Shown piece by piece: positions 1-9,452 of a stretch of DNA of 35,627 nt (position 1 is the stretch's first letter; each line of letters opens with the position of its first letter). The notes beneath the pieces were generated by a model. The model searched no databases, had not been told where the DNA came from, and worked only from the letters and a program-made list of their open reading frames with translations. Made by a program: the position numbers and the translations under genes. Source of the stretch: a virus (lineage: Duplodnaviria > Caudoviricetes); IMG/VR virus record IMGVR_UViG_3300032295_001520, positions 1 through 35,627 of that record; one strand, given 5' to 3'.

Positions 1-168
1 ATCAGAGAGTGATTAATTCATATTTAAATGCACAAGAAATGCATACCCCATAGGGTATAAAGTAGCACTCAAGTACTAGTTTATCGCATGCTCCATGCAT
101 AAAATGTTGCGCCAATGCAACAAACTATGCGTTTTGTGCATAGATTACAACAAAAATGCCATTTTAAG

Positions 169-216
169 AACTAAAAAGTACGCATTTGCCACGGGAGCAG
201 GCGCGGGGGCAACTTT
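169..216 (+). other. putative cos/packaging initiation region
   Basis: Non-coding region between the packaging HNH (window end, if circular) and the methylase-terS-terL block, where HK97-type cos sites lie. GC-rich core GGGAGCAGGCGCGGGGGC is flanked by the inverted pair TTGCC (186-190)/GGCAA (208-212). The motif AACTnAAAA-N15-GGGAG recurs at the last 29 bases of the window. Confidence 0.4.
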
Positions 217-268
217 CTGCATATAGACCACGGCTATGGGGAGGTTAAACTTTGCGCAACTTGGGGAA

Positions 269-304
269 TTCCCTAAACGCAAAAGGATTTCCCTAAACGC
301 AAAA
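269..304 (+). repeat. 16-bp direct repeat TTCCCTAAACGCAAAA x2 with 20-bp period (possible terminase-binding sites)
   Basis: Copies at 269-284 and 289-304; degenerate third ACGCAAA at 314-320. Confidence 0.7.
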
Positions 305-327
305 ATTTTTAAGACGCAAATCAAAAA

Positions 328-1521
328 ATGAAAATTCAAGAAATCGAAATCGAAAAGCTAATTCCTTATGCGAGGAATTCCCGAACGCACAGCGACGATC
401 AGGTCGCGCAGATCGCGGCAAGCATTAAAGAGTTTGGCTGGACTAATCCGATCTTGGTTGATGGCGAGGCAGGCATCATCGCCGGGCATGGTCGGCTGGC
501 GGCTGCGCGGAAACTTGGGTTGAAAAAGATTCCGGTTATTGAGTTATCGCATCTTTCGCCAACGCAAAAAAAGGCGCTGATCATTGCCGACAATAAGCTG
601 GCGCTAAATGCCGGTTGGGATAATGAAATGCTGGCGCTTGAATTTGAAGAATTGGAACTTGATGGTTTTGATCTTGCGCTGACCGGCTTTGGCGAGGATG
701 AGATAGACGCGCTTAAACCAGAGCAGGTGACCGAAGGTTTAACGGATGAGGATGCGGTTCCCGATGTGCCGGAAGAACCAAAAACAAAACCCGGCGATAT
801 TTATAAACTTGGCAAGCATCGGTTAATGTGTGGCGATTCTTGCAGCATTACAGATATGGAAAAATTGTGCGATGGGCAGCCGGTTGATATGTGGTTAACC
901 GATCCACCGTATAACGTAGCGTATGAAGGCAAAACTAAAGATAGTTTAACTATCAAAAATGACAGCATGGCTGATGAGCAATTTCGGCAATTTTTAAGAG
1001 ATGCTTATGTGACCGCAGATACAGTTATGAAACCGGGCGCGGTTTTTTATATTTGGCATGCTGATTCAGAAGGATATAACTTTAGAGGCGCAGCTCAAGA
1101 TGCTGGATGGAAAGTAAGGCAATGTCTTATTTGGAAAAAATCAACAATGGTAATGGGGCGGCAAGATTATCATTGGAAACACGAACCATGCTTGTATGGC
1201 TGGAAAGATGGCGCTGGACATCTTTGGGCTACTGATAGAAAGCAAACTACTATCTTAGAATTCGACAAGCCATCTCGAAATGGAGAGCATCCAACTATGA
1301 AACCGGTTGCGCTTTTTGAATATCAAATGCTTAACAACACAAAAGGCGGCGATATTGTGTTGGATAGTTTTGGCGGCAGCGGCACAACTTTGTTGGCGGC
1401 AGAAAAGAATGGTCGTTACGCTAGGCTGATGGAACTTGATCCTAAATACTGCGATGTTATTGTCAAACGGTGGGAAGAATTTACCGGCAAGAAAGCAGAG
1501 TTAATCAATGGCAGCGCATAA
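328..1521 (+). CDS. ParB/Srx N-terminal domain fused to beta-class N6-adenine/N4-cytosine DNA methyltransferase
   Basis: ParB-like motifs (PYARNSRTHS, IIAGHGRLAAA, IADNKL), catalytic DPPY, then HPTMKP and SAM-binding LDSFGGSGTT. Typical position upstream of terS. Confidence 0.93.
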   Translation: MKIQEIEIEKLIPYARNSRTHSDDQVAQIAASIKEFGWTNPILVDGEAGIIAGHGRLAAARKLGLKKIPVIELSHLSPTQKKALIIADNKLALNAGWDNEMLALEFEELELDGFDLALTGFGEDEIDALKPEQVTEGLTDEDAVPDVPEEPKTKPGDIYKLGKHRLMCGDSCSITDMEKLCDGQPVDMWLTDPPYNVAYEGKTKDSLTIKNDSMADEQFRQFLRDAYVTADTVMKPGAVFYIWHADSEGYNFRGAAQDAGWKVRQCLIWKKSTMVMGRQDYHWKHEPCLYGWKDGAGHLWATDRKQTTILEFDKPSRNGEHPTMKPVALFEYQMLNNTKGGDIVLDSFGGSGTTLLAAEKNGRYARLMELDPKYCDVIVKRWEEFTGKKAELINGSA

Positions 1522-1984
1522 CAAACTACCGCCAGAGGTTCACGCAGTTCATGGCAGCAAAGGCATGAACGCCGGAATCATCATGCCGGAAAAATTAAAG
1601 GCGCGGATCCCGTTTGCTGAGTGGGCAAGCCAACCGGAGTTATTTACCAAGCAGCGGTTTGTTGATGAAACCGCAAAATATTTGTTTGATGTTTATGGCA
1701 TCGGCACCGATCAGGATCGGCACACGTTAATGATGCTGGCAGACCAAATGCAAACATACATCGATGCTCGGTCGCAGCAGGACAAGCATCCGCTGGTGGT
1801 CAAAATCAACAACGGCAAAACCCTTGCGCCAAACCCTTACATTGCAATCGCAAATAAGGCAATGGAAAACTGCATCAAGATTATGAACGAATTGGGGCTT
1901 ACGCCCAAATCGAGATTGGCGGCTAACAAGCTGGAAGATGCTTCGCCATTGGCTGATTTCCTGAAGGGTTGGCAACCGCAATGA
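1508..1984 (+). CDS. terS: terminase small subunit (P27-like)
   Basis: C-terminal NPYIAIANKA...ELGLTPKSR motif; immediately upstream of terL with an ATGA overlap. Confidence 0.88.
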   Translation: MAAHNKLPPEVHAVHGSKGMNAGIIMPEKLKARIPFAEWASQPELFTKQRFVDETAKYLFDVYGIGTDQDRHTLMMLADQMQTYIDARSQQDKHPLVVKINNGKTLAPNPYIAIANKAMENCIKIMNELGLTPKSRLAANKLEDASPLADFLKGWQPQ

Positions 1985-3642
1985 AATGGCAAGATGGCGT
2001 GATCTACGCCAATCAGGTAGTCAAGGGTGAGGTTCTGGTTTGCCGACAAGTTTTGCTTGCTTGCCAACGGTTTTTAAACCATCTAGAAAACAAAGAATGG
2101 GAATGGGAATTTCACCCGGAAGCGGTTGACCATTTTATTAAATTTGCATCATTGCTGCGCCATGCAAAGGGCGCGGATGCAGGCAAGCCGCTGGTTCTCG
2201 AACCGTTCCAAATTCTGCTGATCTGCGGCATCTATGGCTTTTGGTCTAAGAAGGACAAAGCCAAGCGGATGACCACCGATGTCATTGTGTACATTCCTCG
2301 CAAGGCAGGCAAATCAACGCTTATCGCCGTGATTGGTTTGTACGAGTTGATCTTTGGCGAAAAGGGTTCCGAGGTTTATACGCTGGCAACAAGCCGGGAT
2401 CAGGCAAGCATTGTATTCACGTCTGCGGTCGGCTTGATCGAATCCATGCCGCAAGAAGTTGCCGGGTTGTTCAATGTGCAAAAAATGCACATTACCAAAC
2501 TCGGCGATTCGCAATCAATGTTCAAAGCATTGTCGCGGGATACCAAGAAAACCGGCGATGGCTTAAACCCATCTTGCGCAATCATTGACGAAGCGGCGCA
2601 GATTATCGACCGGAACTCAATTGAAGTTTTGCATTCGGGCATGGTGGCGCGAAAAAATCCGCTGCGCATTTACATCACGACCGCCAGCTTTACCAAAGAC
2701 ACGAAGTTTTACGAGGATTTGTTGATGTTTCAATCGATGCTATCGGGCGAAGCAACAGATAATCCGCGTTGGTTTGGCCTGCTATACGGGCTTGATCCGC
2801 AGGATGATTGGCGCGATCCGTTGATATGGGGCAAAGCAAACCCGATGCATGGCATATCGGTATTTGAGGAAGCTATCGCGGCAAGGGCTGAAGAAGCTAA
2901 ATACAAACCGGCAACGCTTAATGAGTTTCTTTGCAAAACGCTAAATGTTTTTGTAAGCGCAAACTCGGCTTGGATCGACCGGTCGCACTGGGATGAATGC
3001 GCGGCGCAAGCGGATGACCGGCAACCCGAAGCGGTGTTTATTGGCTTTGACTTGGCGGCAACGCGAGATTTAAACGCGGTCTGCACTTTAAAGCGATATG
3101 CCGAGGATGACTATTTTGCCGAGTGGAAATTCTTTTTACCAGAAGATGCTTTAGGGTATGTGCCGCAGCATTACCAAGACATCTTTAGGAATGCTAAAGA
3201 TTCTGGAATCTTGCACTTGACGCAAGGCAACGTAATGGATGATCGCGAGATCAGCGAATACATCAAGCAGCAGGCGGGCAAATACGATATTAAAGAAATT
3301 GGCTACGATGCATACAACGCTGCAAGCTTAATTGCTCGATTGCACGATGATGCCATGCCGGTCAAAAAAGTCGGGCAAGGCATGGCGGTATTAAGCAATC
3401 CATCTAAGCATTTGGAAAAGTTAATTCTAGGCAAGAATATCAAACACAATGGAAATCAATTCTTAGGTTGGCAGCTTCAAAATTGCGAAGTGTATGAGGA
3501 TGTAAACGGAAACATAAAAATTCGTAAGAATGAAGCAGATAAAAGCGCAAAAGTTGATGGTATTATCGCCCTAATTATTGCCATTCATTGCTCACTGGAT
3601 CACCCAATTGACAGTGGCAGTTATGGATTCCGCACTTTTTAA
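1981..3642 (+). CDS. terL: terminase large subunit
   Basis: Walker A PRKAGKST, Walker B AIIDE, nuclease motifs GFDLA and KVDG. Start set at the ATG overlapping the terS stop. Confidence 0.96.
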   Translation: MKWQDGVIYANQVVKGEVLVCRQVLLACQRFLNHLENKEWEWEFHPEAVDHFIKFASLLRHAKGADAGKPLVLEPFQILLICGIYGFWSKKDKAKRMTTDVIVYIPRKAGKSTLIAVIGLYELIFGEKGSEVYTLATSRDQASIVFTSAVGLIESMPQEVAGLFNVQKMHITKLGDSQSMFKALSRDTKKTGDGLNPSCAIIDEAAQIIDRNSIEVLHSGMVARKNPLRIYITTASFTKDTKFYEDLLMFQSMLSGEATDNPRWFGLLYGLDPQDDWRDPLIWGKANPMHGISVFEEAIAARAEEAKYKPATLNEFLCKTLNVFVSANSAWIDRSHWDECAAQADDRQPEAVFIGFDLAATRDLNAVCTLKRYAEDDYFAEWKFFLPEDALGYVPQHYQDIFRNAKDSGILHLTQGNVMDDREISEYIKQQAGKYDIKEIGYDAYNAASLIARLHDDAMPVKKVGQGMAVLSNPSKHLEKLILGKNIKHNGNQFLGWQLQNCEVYEDVNGNIKIRKNEADKSAKVDGIIALIIAIHCSLDHPIDSGSYGFRTF

Positions 3643-3653
3643 AGGCGAATATT

Positions 3654-5060
3654 ATGGGAATGCTTGACATCTTTAAGCGCAATTCGGTTGCCAAATCCGA
3701 AAGCAACACGCTATTCGGGCAGACAACACTAGGCAACAATGTGCTGCGGAATATCGGATCAACATCCGCATTCCAGCAAATGTTGTATGTCACGACATCA
3801 AGCGCAACCCAAGCCGGGCGCACCGTCGATATGTCAACGCTGTCGCGCAATTCGACCGTGATGGCTTGTCTTGCAGTTAAAGCACGGGCGCTGTCGCAAC
3901 TGCCGGTGCAGATCATGGCGTACAACGCCAACGATGAATTGGTCAACGCTTGCCATGATCCTTCGATTGGGCAGCGCGACAAAATTAAGGCGCGGCAAGT
4001 TTATAACTTGCTGGCAAACCCAAATAATTTCCAAACCCAATATGAGTTCTGGTATCAGTTCTCAATGTGGCTGGATATGGCAGGCGAGTGCTACACAGTA
4101 TTTTGGCGCAAGGATCAAAACAAATCCGACCAAACGCCATTGGAAATGTACATTCTTGATGCAACGCTGATCACCACACAGCTTACCGAAACGCGCTACC
4201 CAATGTACCGGCTTGCAACGCCAAGCTACGGATTCTCAAAGGATGCACCGCTAGAGTATTGGCAGGTCATGCATATGATGGAAATGGGCTGGCAAGGTTC
4301 GGGCGGCTGGAACAAAGGCACATTGCTTGCCGAATTGGTTGGCTTGGATCAGGATATTGATCTTTACGCAAACTATGTAATGCAGAACGGCGCAAAGCCA
4401 TCGGGCTTGTTTGTGACCGATCAGGTCATTCCTGATTCCAAATACAAGGAAATTGCAGCGCGTCTGAAAGAAGGATGGTCGCAGCTTACCGGCTCACGAA
4501 CGACCGATCCAAGCAAGCCGGGTCAAGGTATGTTGCTGGACAATGGCATGAAGTATATGCCGGTCGATATGCTGACGATTCAGGATGCCGATGTCGCCAA
4601 GCTAAAGGAACAAACCATGAAGCGCATTTGTGGCGTGTTTGGTGTGCCACCGCAAATGATCAGCGTGGGCGAAAGCAAGTTTAACAACACGCAAACAATG
4701 CTTGATGAATTCTACAAAAGCACGATGGCACCGCTGCTGACTAATGTAGAGCAAAAGCTAAAAATGAGTTTGTTGCAAGGTTATCCAAACTTATACGTTA
4801 AATTCCAGACGGATAATTTCCTACAGGGTGCGCCACTTGACCAGATGAATTATTCTGTCGCTGGTGTCAACGCTGGAATTTTGACACCAAACGAAGCGCG
4901 AAAATATTTGGGGCTTTCGGAAATTGATGATACGATTGCCAAAACGCTAGTCAATAAAGGCGGCAAATCTGAACCGATTCCGGGTTCATCACCACAAGAC
5001 ACAGGCGGCGGCGGCAATACCAGTTCGGTCGGCAAGACGGGGCAAAATGGGAAAGCTTAA
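3654..5060 (+). CDS. HK97-family portal protein
   Basis: LLANPNNFQT, NGAKPSG, ICGVFGVPPQMI, GILTPNEAR motifs; follows terL. Confidence 0.95.
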   Translation: MGMLDIFKRNSVAKSESNTLFGQTTLGNNVLRNIGSTSAFQQMLYVTTSSATQAGRTVDMSTLSRNSTVMACLAVKARALSQLPVQIMAYNANDELVNACHDPSIGQRDKIKARQVYNLLANPNNFQTQYEFWYQFSMWLDMAGECYTVFWRKDQNKSDQTPLEMYILDATLITTQLTETRYPMYRLATPSYGFSKDAPLEYWQVMHMMEMGWQGSGGWNKGTLLAELVGLDQDIDLYANYVMQNGAKPSGLFVTDQVIPDSKYKEIAARLKEGWSQLTGSRTTDPSKPGQGMLLDNGMKYMPVDMLTIQDADVAKLKEQTMKRICGVFGVPPQMISVGESKFNNTQTMLDEFYKSTMAPLLTNVEQKLKMSLLQGYPNLYVKFQTDNFLQGAPLDQMNYSVAGVNAGILTPNEARKYLGLSEIDDTIAKTLVNKGGKSEPIPGSSPQDTGGGGNTSSVGKTGQNGKA

Positions 5061-5187
5061 ACCTGATCAGCAGCGGCAAAAGCAGCAGCAAGCCGCAGAC
5101 AAAATAAAACAAGCCGCAGATAAGCGCACAGCAAAGCCATTGCAACTAAATGGAATGCAACAAAAAAGGGCGATATTCCATGACTAA
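5047..5187 (+). CDS. small Gln/Lys-rich hypothetical protein (46 aa)
   Basis: Translated by hand: MGKLKPDQQRQKQQQAADKIKQAADKRTAKPLQLNGMQQKRAIFHD. Fills the portal-protease gap and overlaps both genes. Confidence 0.45.
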   Translation: MGKLKPDQQRQKQQQAADKIKQAADKRTAKPLQLNGMQQKRAIFHD

Positions 5188-5977
5188 AAACGTGACGTTT
5201 TTCTTTGAATCTAAGGTTGCGCTTGGCATATCTGCCGACGAATCTGCCGACAGTGCAGGCAAGATTGAGGCAATGCTAACAACTTGGGGCCCGCGTGAAG
5301 GCGCAGACGGTCGCCGATTCAATTATCAGGCAGCGCCATTTCAGGCATGGGCAAAAGAATTTGCCGCTGCTGGCAGGCCATTGCCAATGTATTTTCAGCA
5401 CAATGATCAATCGATGCCGGTTGGTCAGTGGGATGAATTCGAGTTTACCGATGAAGGCATGATCGGTCGCGGCATGATCTACACCAACACCAGCACCGGG
5501 CGTGATCTTTATACGATCATGAAGGAATCGCCTATGATGGTTGGCGGCGTTTCTGTTGGCGCATACGCCGACGAATATTGCATGGTCGATGCTGAAGGCA
5601 ATATGTTAGATGCCGGAATCGATGCCGATGAAGAAGGGTATTTCAGCATCACAAAAGGTGGATTGGCAGAAGTGTCAATCGTGATGCAACCGAATAACCC
5701 AATGGCGAATATCAGCAAATTGGAATATTTCCGCGAAGATGGCACAGCGGATTTGAAAGTATTTGAAAAGGCTCTGCGTGAAGTGGGCTTTTCAAAAAAG
5801 GATGCGACAAAAGCCGCATCCGTATTTGGCAAGGCAATGGGCAAGCGCGATGCGAAACCCGATACTGCCGAACCGAACTCCGATAAGCGAGAGGCAACAT
5901 CGGGTGCGGCTGATCAACTTCTGGTAGCACTTGAGCAGCGCGAGTTGCTAAAGGCACTGGAAACCCGTCTTAAATAA
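5180..5977 (+). CDS. HK97-type prohead maturation protease
   Basis: PMYFQHN (His), GGVSVG (Ser), LAEVSIVMQPNNPMA motifs; lies between portal and capsid. Start moved to MTKNV at 5180. Confidence 0.92.
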   Translation: MTKNVTFFFESKVALGISADESADSAGKIEAMLTTWGPREGADGRRFNYQAAPFQAWAKEFAAAGRPLPMYFQHNDQSMPVGQWDEFEFTDEGMIGRGMIYTNTSTGRDLYTIMKESPMMVGGVSVGAYADEYCMVDAEGNMLDAGIDADEEGYFSITKGGLAEVSIVMQPNNPMANISKLEYFREDGTADLKVFEKALREVGFSKKDATKAASVFGKAMGKRDAKPDTAEPNSDKREATSGAADQLLVALEQRELLKALETRLK

Positions 5978-5989
5978 CTAAGGATTATC

Positions 5990-7342
5990 ATGGACAAAAT
6001 TATCGAAAAACTCGATTCCATTGAATCGAATCTGCAACAAAAAACCGAAACTATCGTTGCCGAAAAACTGGCCGAAGTTTCTACATCTGTCGAAACTGCC
6101 AAAGCAGAATTTGCCGAAAAGGTTTCTGCACTGGAAGCTAAGGTCGCTCAAATTCGCGCACCGGAAATCGTTCGCCCAAACAAAGGCGTTTCGGTTGACG
6201 TTAATCGTCGCGTGAAAGAAGCACTGTCGCAGTTCTACAAATCAAACGCTCGCGTTGAGAAAGAACTGAAACTGTTTGAAGATGCTGCGCAATACGATGC
6301 ATACATGAAAGAAGCATCGCTGTTGACCGGCGGCGGTAACAATCAGGGTGGTCGCACCGCCTATGATCCAGTGTTCGCCCCGTTGCGTCTTGCAAACCCA
6401 ATGCGCCAAATTTCGCGCCAAGTTGCAACCGATGGTTCGTCTTATCAGTTCCGTGCAAAAGTTGGTAACGCCGGTGCAGCATGGGGCTACACCATCCAAA
6501 ACAACGGTGCGGCAACTACTGAAGATACAACTATCTGGCAATTGGTATTGCAAGATTTGAACGTGCAGTTCCCAATCCGTACTGCTGCGCTGGATGACAT
6601 CGACGGTCTTGAAGCAAATGTCGTTTCCGATATGCTGCTGGAATTCTCGCAGTCTGAAGCATTGTCGATGGTTGCGAACAACGACCAAGCCGCACAATCT
6701 GGCACAAACCCATACGGCGGCACCAACGGCCTGCGCGGTCTGGATCAGTACGCAGGCGCAGCGGCAACCTATGCAGGCGGTTCGGTAACTACCGCAGCAT
6801 TTGGTAACAGCGGCACCGGCAGCACTTCCGGCCTGCACTCGCTTGCAACCTACGACCAGTTGACCACTAACGGCGCAACCGTTGGCGCAGGCAATATCAG
6901 CTACAAAGACGTGGTGAACTTTGTCTATTCGCTGCCACAGGAATACTGGACACCAGACGCCAAATTTATGATCAACCCAGTTCTGCTGCAACAGATTCGC
7001 GGTCTGGTTGATGATCAGAAACGCCCAATCTATATCGATGGTTTGGCGCGTGAAGATGGCATCGTTGGTACGCTGTTGGGCTTTGACGTTATCGTCAACA
7101 AGTATCTTGACACACCATCGCAACTGACCACTGGCGCAGGCGGCACTAATAGCTTGTACCCAATGTATTTTGCTGATTGGACACGCTTCCACACAATCGT
7201 GGATCGTCTGTCAATGGTAATGCGTCGATATGACCAGACGTTGCCCGGCTTCATCACCTTCTTTGGTGAAAAGCGTTTGGCAACTTCGGTGGTCAACCCG
7301 TTTGCCGGTGTTCGTTATCGCTCTACCGGTACTTCAACCTAA
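5990..7342 (+). CDS. major capsid protein 1 (HK97 fold with ~108-aa N-terminal coiled-coil scaffold/delta domain)
   Basis: Helical E/K-rich N-terminus; AKFMINP...GTLLGFDVIVN...YFADW...RYDQTLPGFITFFGEKR C-terminal pattern; SD AAGGA; followed by a terminator. Confidence 0.93.
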   Translation: MDKIIEKLDSIESNLQQKTETIVAEKLAEVSTSVETAKAEFAEKVSALEAKVAQIRAPEIVRPNKGVSVDVNRRVKEALSQFYKSNARVEKELKLFEDAAQYDAYMKEASLLTGGGNNQGGRTAYDPVFAPLRLANPMRQISRQVATDGSSYQFRAKVGNAGAAWGYTIQNNGAATTEDTTIWQLVLQDLNVQFPIRTAALDDIDGLEANVVSDMLLEFSQSEALSMVANNDQAAQSGTNPYGGTNGLRGLDQYAGAAATYAGGSVTTAAFGNSGTGSTSGLHSLATYDQLTTNGATVGAGNISYKDVVNFVYSLPQEYWTPDAKFMINPVLLQQIRGLVDDQKRPIYIDGLAREDGIVGTLLGFDVIVNKYLDTPSQLTTGAGGTNSLYPMYFADWTRFHTIVDRLSMVMRRYDQTLPGFITFFGEKRLATSVVNPFAGVRYRSTGTST

Positions 7343-7353
7343 TCAAGCGGCTT

Positions 7354-7383
7354 CCCCGGTGGCGTGTGCTGCCGGGGTTTTTT
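7354..7383 (+). terminator. intrinsic terminator between the two capsid genes
   Basis: Stem CCCCGGTGGC / GCTGCCGGGG (two G-U pairs), 4-nt loop, then T6. Confidence 0.85.
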
Positions 7384-7406
7384 GCTGATTTTAGGAATGG
7401 AAAAAA

Positions 7407-8450
7407 ATGAAAGCCAACGAAAAAATTCTCTCCAGTATCAAACAGACGCTAGAAACCGGCGACAGAATCACGATTGATTTGCGCGAAGCTTCTGCGCTTA
7501 CTGGAAGCGGTTCCGGCGTTGGTGGTCAAACTTTCTTTGACGATGTATTTGCAGCGTTTCGATATGCCAACCCGTACCGCATGGGCGCTCGGCAAATCAA
7601 AACCGAGAATAGATCGGATGTTCAATTCGTTGCAAAAACTGGTAACGCTGCCAATTCAACGAATCCGTGGGGTTACACTTTCACGCCTAACAGCGGCTCA
7701 CCTGACATAAACACGTCGATCTGGCAATTGCCAACGCGAGTAATTACGGCACAAATGCCAATCCGTACTGCGGTGCTGTCGGATGTTAATGGTTTGAATA
7801 ACGAACTCATCGCCGATTTAATGATGGAATTTGCGCAGCTTGAAGGCGCATCGATGGGCTTGAACAATGATCAGGCAGGCAGCACAACAACCAGCACCGG
7901 CGCAACTTTAGGCTTGCGCGGTCTGAACAGCTATCCGGGCGCAGCAGGCGCATCGTCGGCGTTTGGTACTAGCGGCACCGCAATCACTAACGGTCGGCAT
8001 ACCATCGCAACTGTCGGCGCAACCGTTGCCGGTCTGAGCAAATCAACATTGTCGGAAATGCGGCTTGCATTGCCGGGTCAATATTGGAACTCGCCAACAA
8101 CCGCATGGATGATGCACCCAACCGCGATTGACGTTTTGACGAAAGCAGTATCGTCGGGCAACGTGCCGTATTTTGTTGAAACAGGCACCAACAACGGCGG
8201 CTCGGTGGTTAATGTATTTGGTTGGCCTGTAATCCCCAATCCGTATCTGGATGCATGGAATTCGGTTGGCGATATTTCTATTTATCTTGCTGATTGGTCA
8301 AAATTCCTGACCATTGCAGACGTGGAAGAAATGACAGTGCAGGCGATGGAACAAACAGCGCCGGGCTTCATTACGATGTTTGCAGAAAAGCGCATGGTGT
8401 CAACAGTGCGCGATCCGTTTGCTGGTGTGCGACTAATTGCTACTGCCTAA
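7407..8450 (+). CDS. second HK97-fold capsid protein paralogue lacking the long scaffold domain
   Basis: Collinear with capsid 1 from residue ~26: EASALTG, ANP, QFxAKxGNA, WGYT, IWQL, PIRTA, NNDQA, GLRGL, ADW, EQTAPGFITMFAEKR, PFAGVR. Confidence 0.9.
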   Translation: MKANEKILSSIKQTLETGDRITIDLREASALTGSGSGVGGQTFFDDVFAAFRYANPYRMGARQIKTENRSDVQFVAKTGNAANSTNPWGYTFTPNSGSPDINTSIWQLPTRVITAQMPIRTAVLSDVNGLNNELIADLMMEFAQLEGASMGLNNDQAGSTTTSTGATLGLRGLNSYPGAAGASSAFGTSGTAITNGRHTIATVGATVAGLSKSTLSEMRLALPGQYWNSPTTAWMMHPTAIDVLTKAVSSGNVPYFVETGTNNGGSVVNVFGWPVIPNPYLDAWNSVGDISIYLADWSKFLTIADVEEMTVQAMEQTAPGFITMFAEKRMVSTVRDPFAGVRLIATA

Positions 8451-8455
8451 AGACT

Positions 8456-9109
8456 ATGCCAGTTCAGGAAACAGGGCTTGGATTTGTACAGCTTGCGCCA
8501 ACGCGCAACCCGTTCAATTACGATTGGTTTGAACAGACCAACCGCAATGTATCGACGGGTTGGCTAACGCTTGCTGAAATCCGCGAACAGTTAAATTTGT
8601 ATTCTGACACTTCGCAGGATACATATTTGACATCGCTGGAATTAGCGATTCGCATGGCAATCGAAGATTATCTCGGTTCGCCCATTGTGTCGGTGCAATA
8701 CAAATCTTACTATGGCGTGTCGGCTTTGTACGGTTCGCCACTGTCGCTGGATTTGCCGCAAACATCGCAGGGCGGCGTAACGATTAACAGTGTGCAATAT
8801 TACAATGACGCAACGCCAACGGTGCTGACTACCGTTTCGCCTGCTGATTATTATTATGATCCGACCGGGCGCAAAGTCATTTGCTCTGATTTGCCAACCA
8901 GCATTAATCCGCAAATGACATCGCCGGTTATTGTTACTTATACGCTGACTGCATCACCATTTGCGACATATCCAATTGTGAAGCAGGCAGGGCTTTTGTG
9001 GTTTACGCATTTGTACAACAATCGAAGCGATGTAACTTCGACCGATATGAAGCGCATTCCTATGGGCATAGATACGCTGCTGCGCCCCTATAAGCCACTG
9101 GTGATGTAA
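8456..9109 (+). CDS. head-tail connector/adaptor (HK97 gp6-like)
   Basis: WLTLAEIREQLNL...DTYLTSL...AIEDYLG and C-terminal VKQAGLLWFTHLYNNR...LLRPYK. Start moved to ATG 8456. Confidence 0.85.
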   Translation: MPVQETGLGFVQLAPTRNPFNYDWFEQTNRNVSTGWLTLAEIREQLNLYSDTSQDTYLTSLELAIRMAIEDYLGSPIVSVQYKSYYGVSALYGSPLSLDLPQTSQGGVTINSVQYYNDATPTVLTTVSPADYYYDPTGRKVICSDLPTSINPQMTSPVIVTYTLTASPFATYPIVKQAGLLWFTHLYNNRSDVTSTDMKRIPMGIDTLLRPYKPLVM

Positions 9110-9450
9110 TGGTCGCAAGATATGAAGAAGCGCAAGTGTACACATTGTCGTTTGCGACTTCCGCATACGGCGATACGGTAACGACAAAAACATTAAAGTT
9201 TCAAAGTAAGCCGGAAATCAAAGAAGTAAAAAACGATTTGCGGATAACGGATAAGTATCGAGTGTATGCAGGGCTAATTTATTTTGTGTTTAACTATACG
9301 CCATTTACACGCGATATGTACGACAACCAAAATGTGTATTCGATCATTTGGCGCGGCAATGATTGGCGAATTGATAGTGTTGTTGAATCTAATGATCGGC
9401 AAAAAGTGACGTTTTTATGTTACCGCAATGATCCATCGACACAGGTATAA
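9109..9450 (+). CDS. head closure/stopper protein (SPP1 gp16-like)
   Basis: 113 aa, IIWRGNDWRIDSV pattern, position after the connector. Confidence 0.7.
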   Translation: MVARYEEAQVYTLSFATSAYGDTVTTKTLKFQSKPEIKEVKNDLRITDKYRVYAGLIYFVFNYTPFTRDMYDNQNVYSIIWRGNDWRIDSVVESNDRQKVTFLCYRNDPSTQV

Positions 9451-9452
9451 CA

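Noticed and set aside
5049-5055. GGGAAAG (lambda G-T slippery heptamer) at the end of the portal gene
   Set aside because: In the portal frame it reads GGG AAA G, which is the post-shift register, so a -1 shift cannot extend the portal into the small downstream ORF.
6242-7192. 316-aa minus-strand ORF
   Set aside because: Antisense shadow of the strongly codon-biased major capsid gene; no protein-like motifs or SD.
8294-8455. Long N-terminal extensions given by the ORF track (also 5150, 11162, 14340, 15032, 25659, 27802, 30771, 30991)
   Set aside because: They overlap upstream genes extensively; downstream ATGs with SD sequences or stop-start coupling are better starts.
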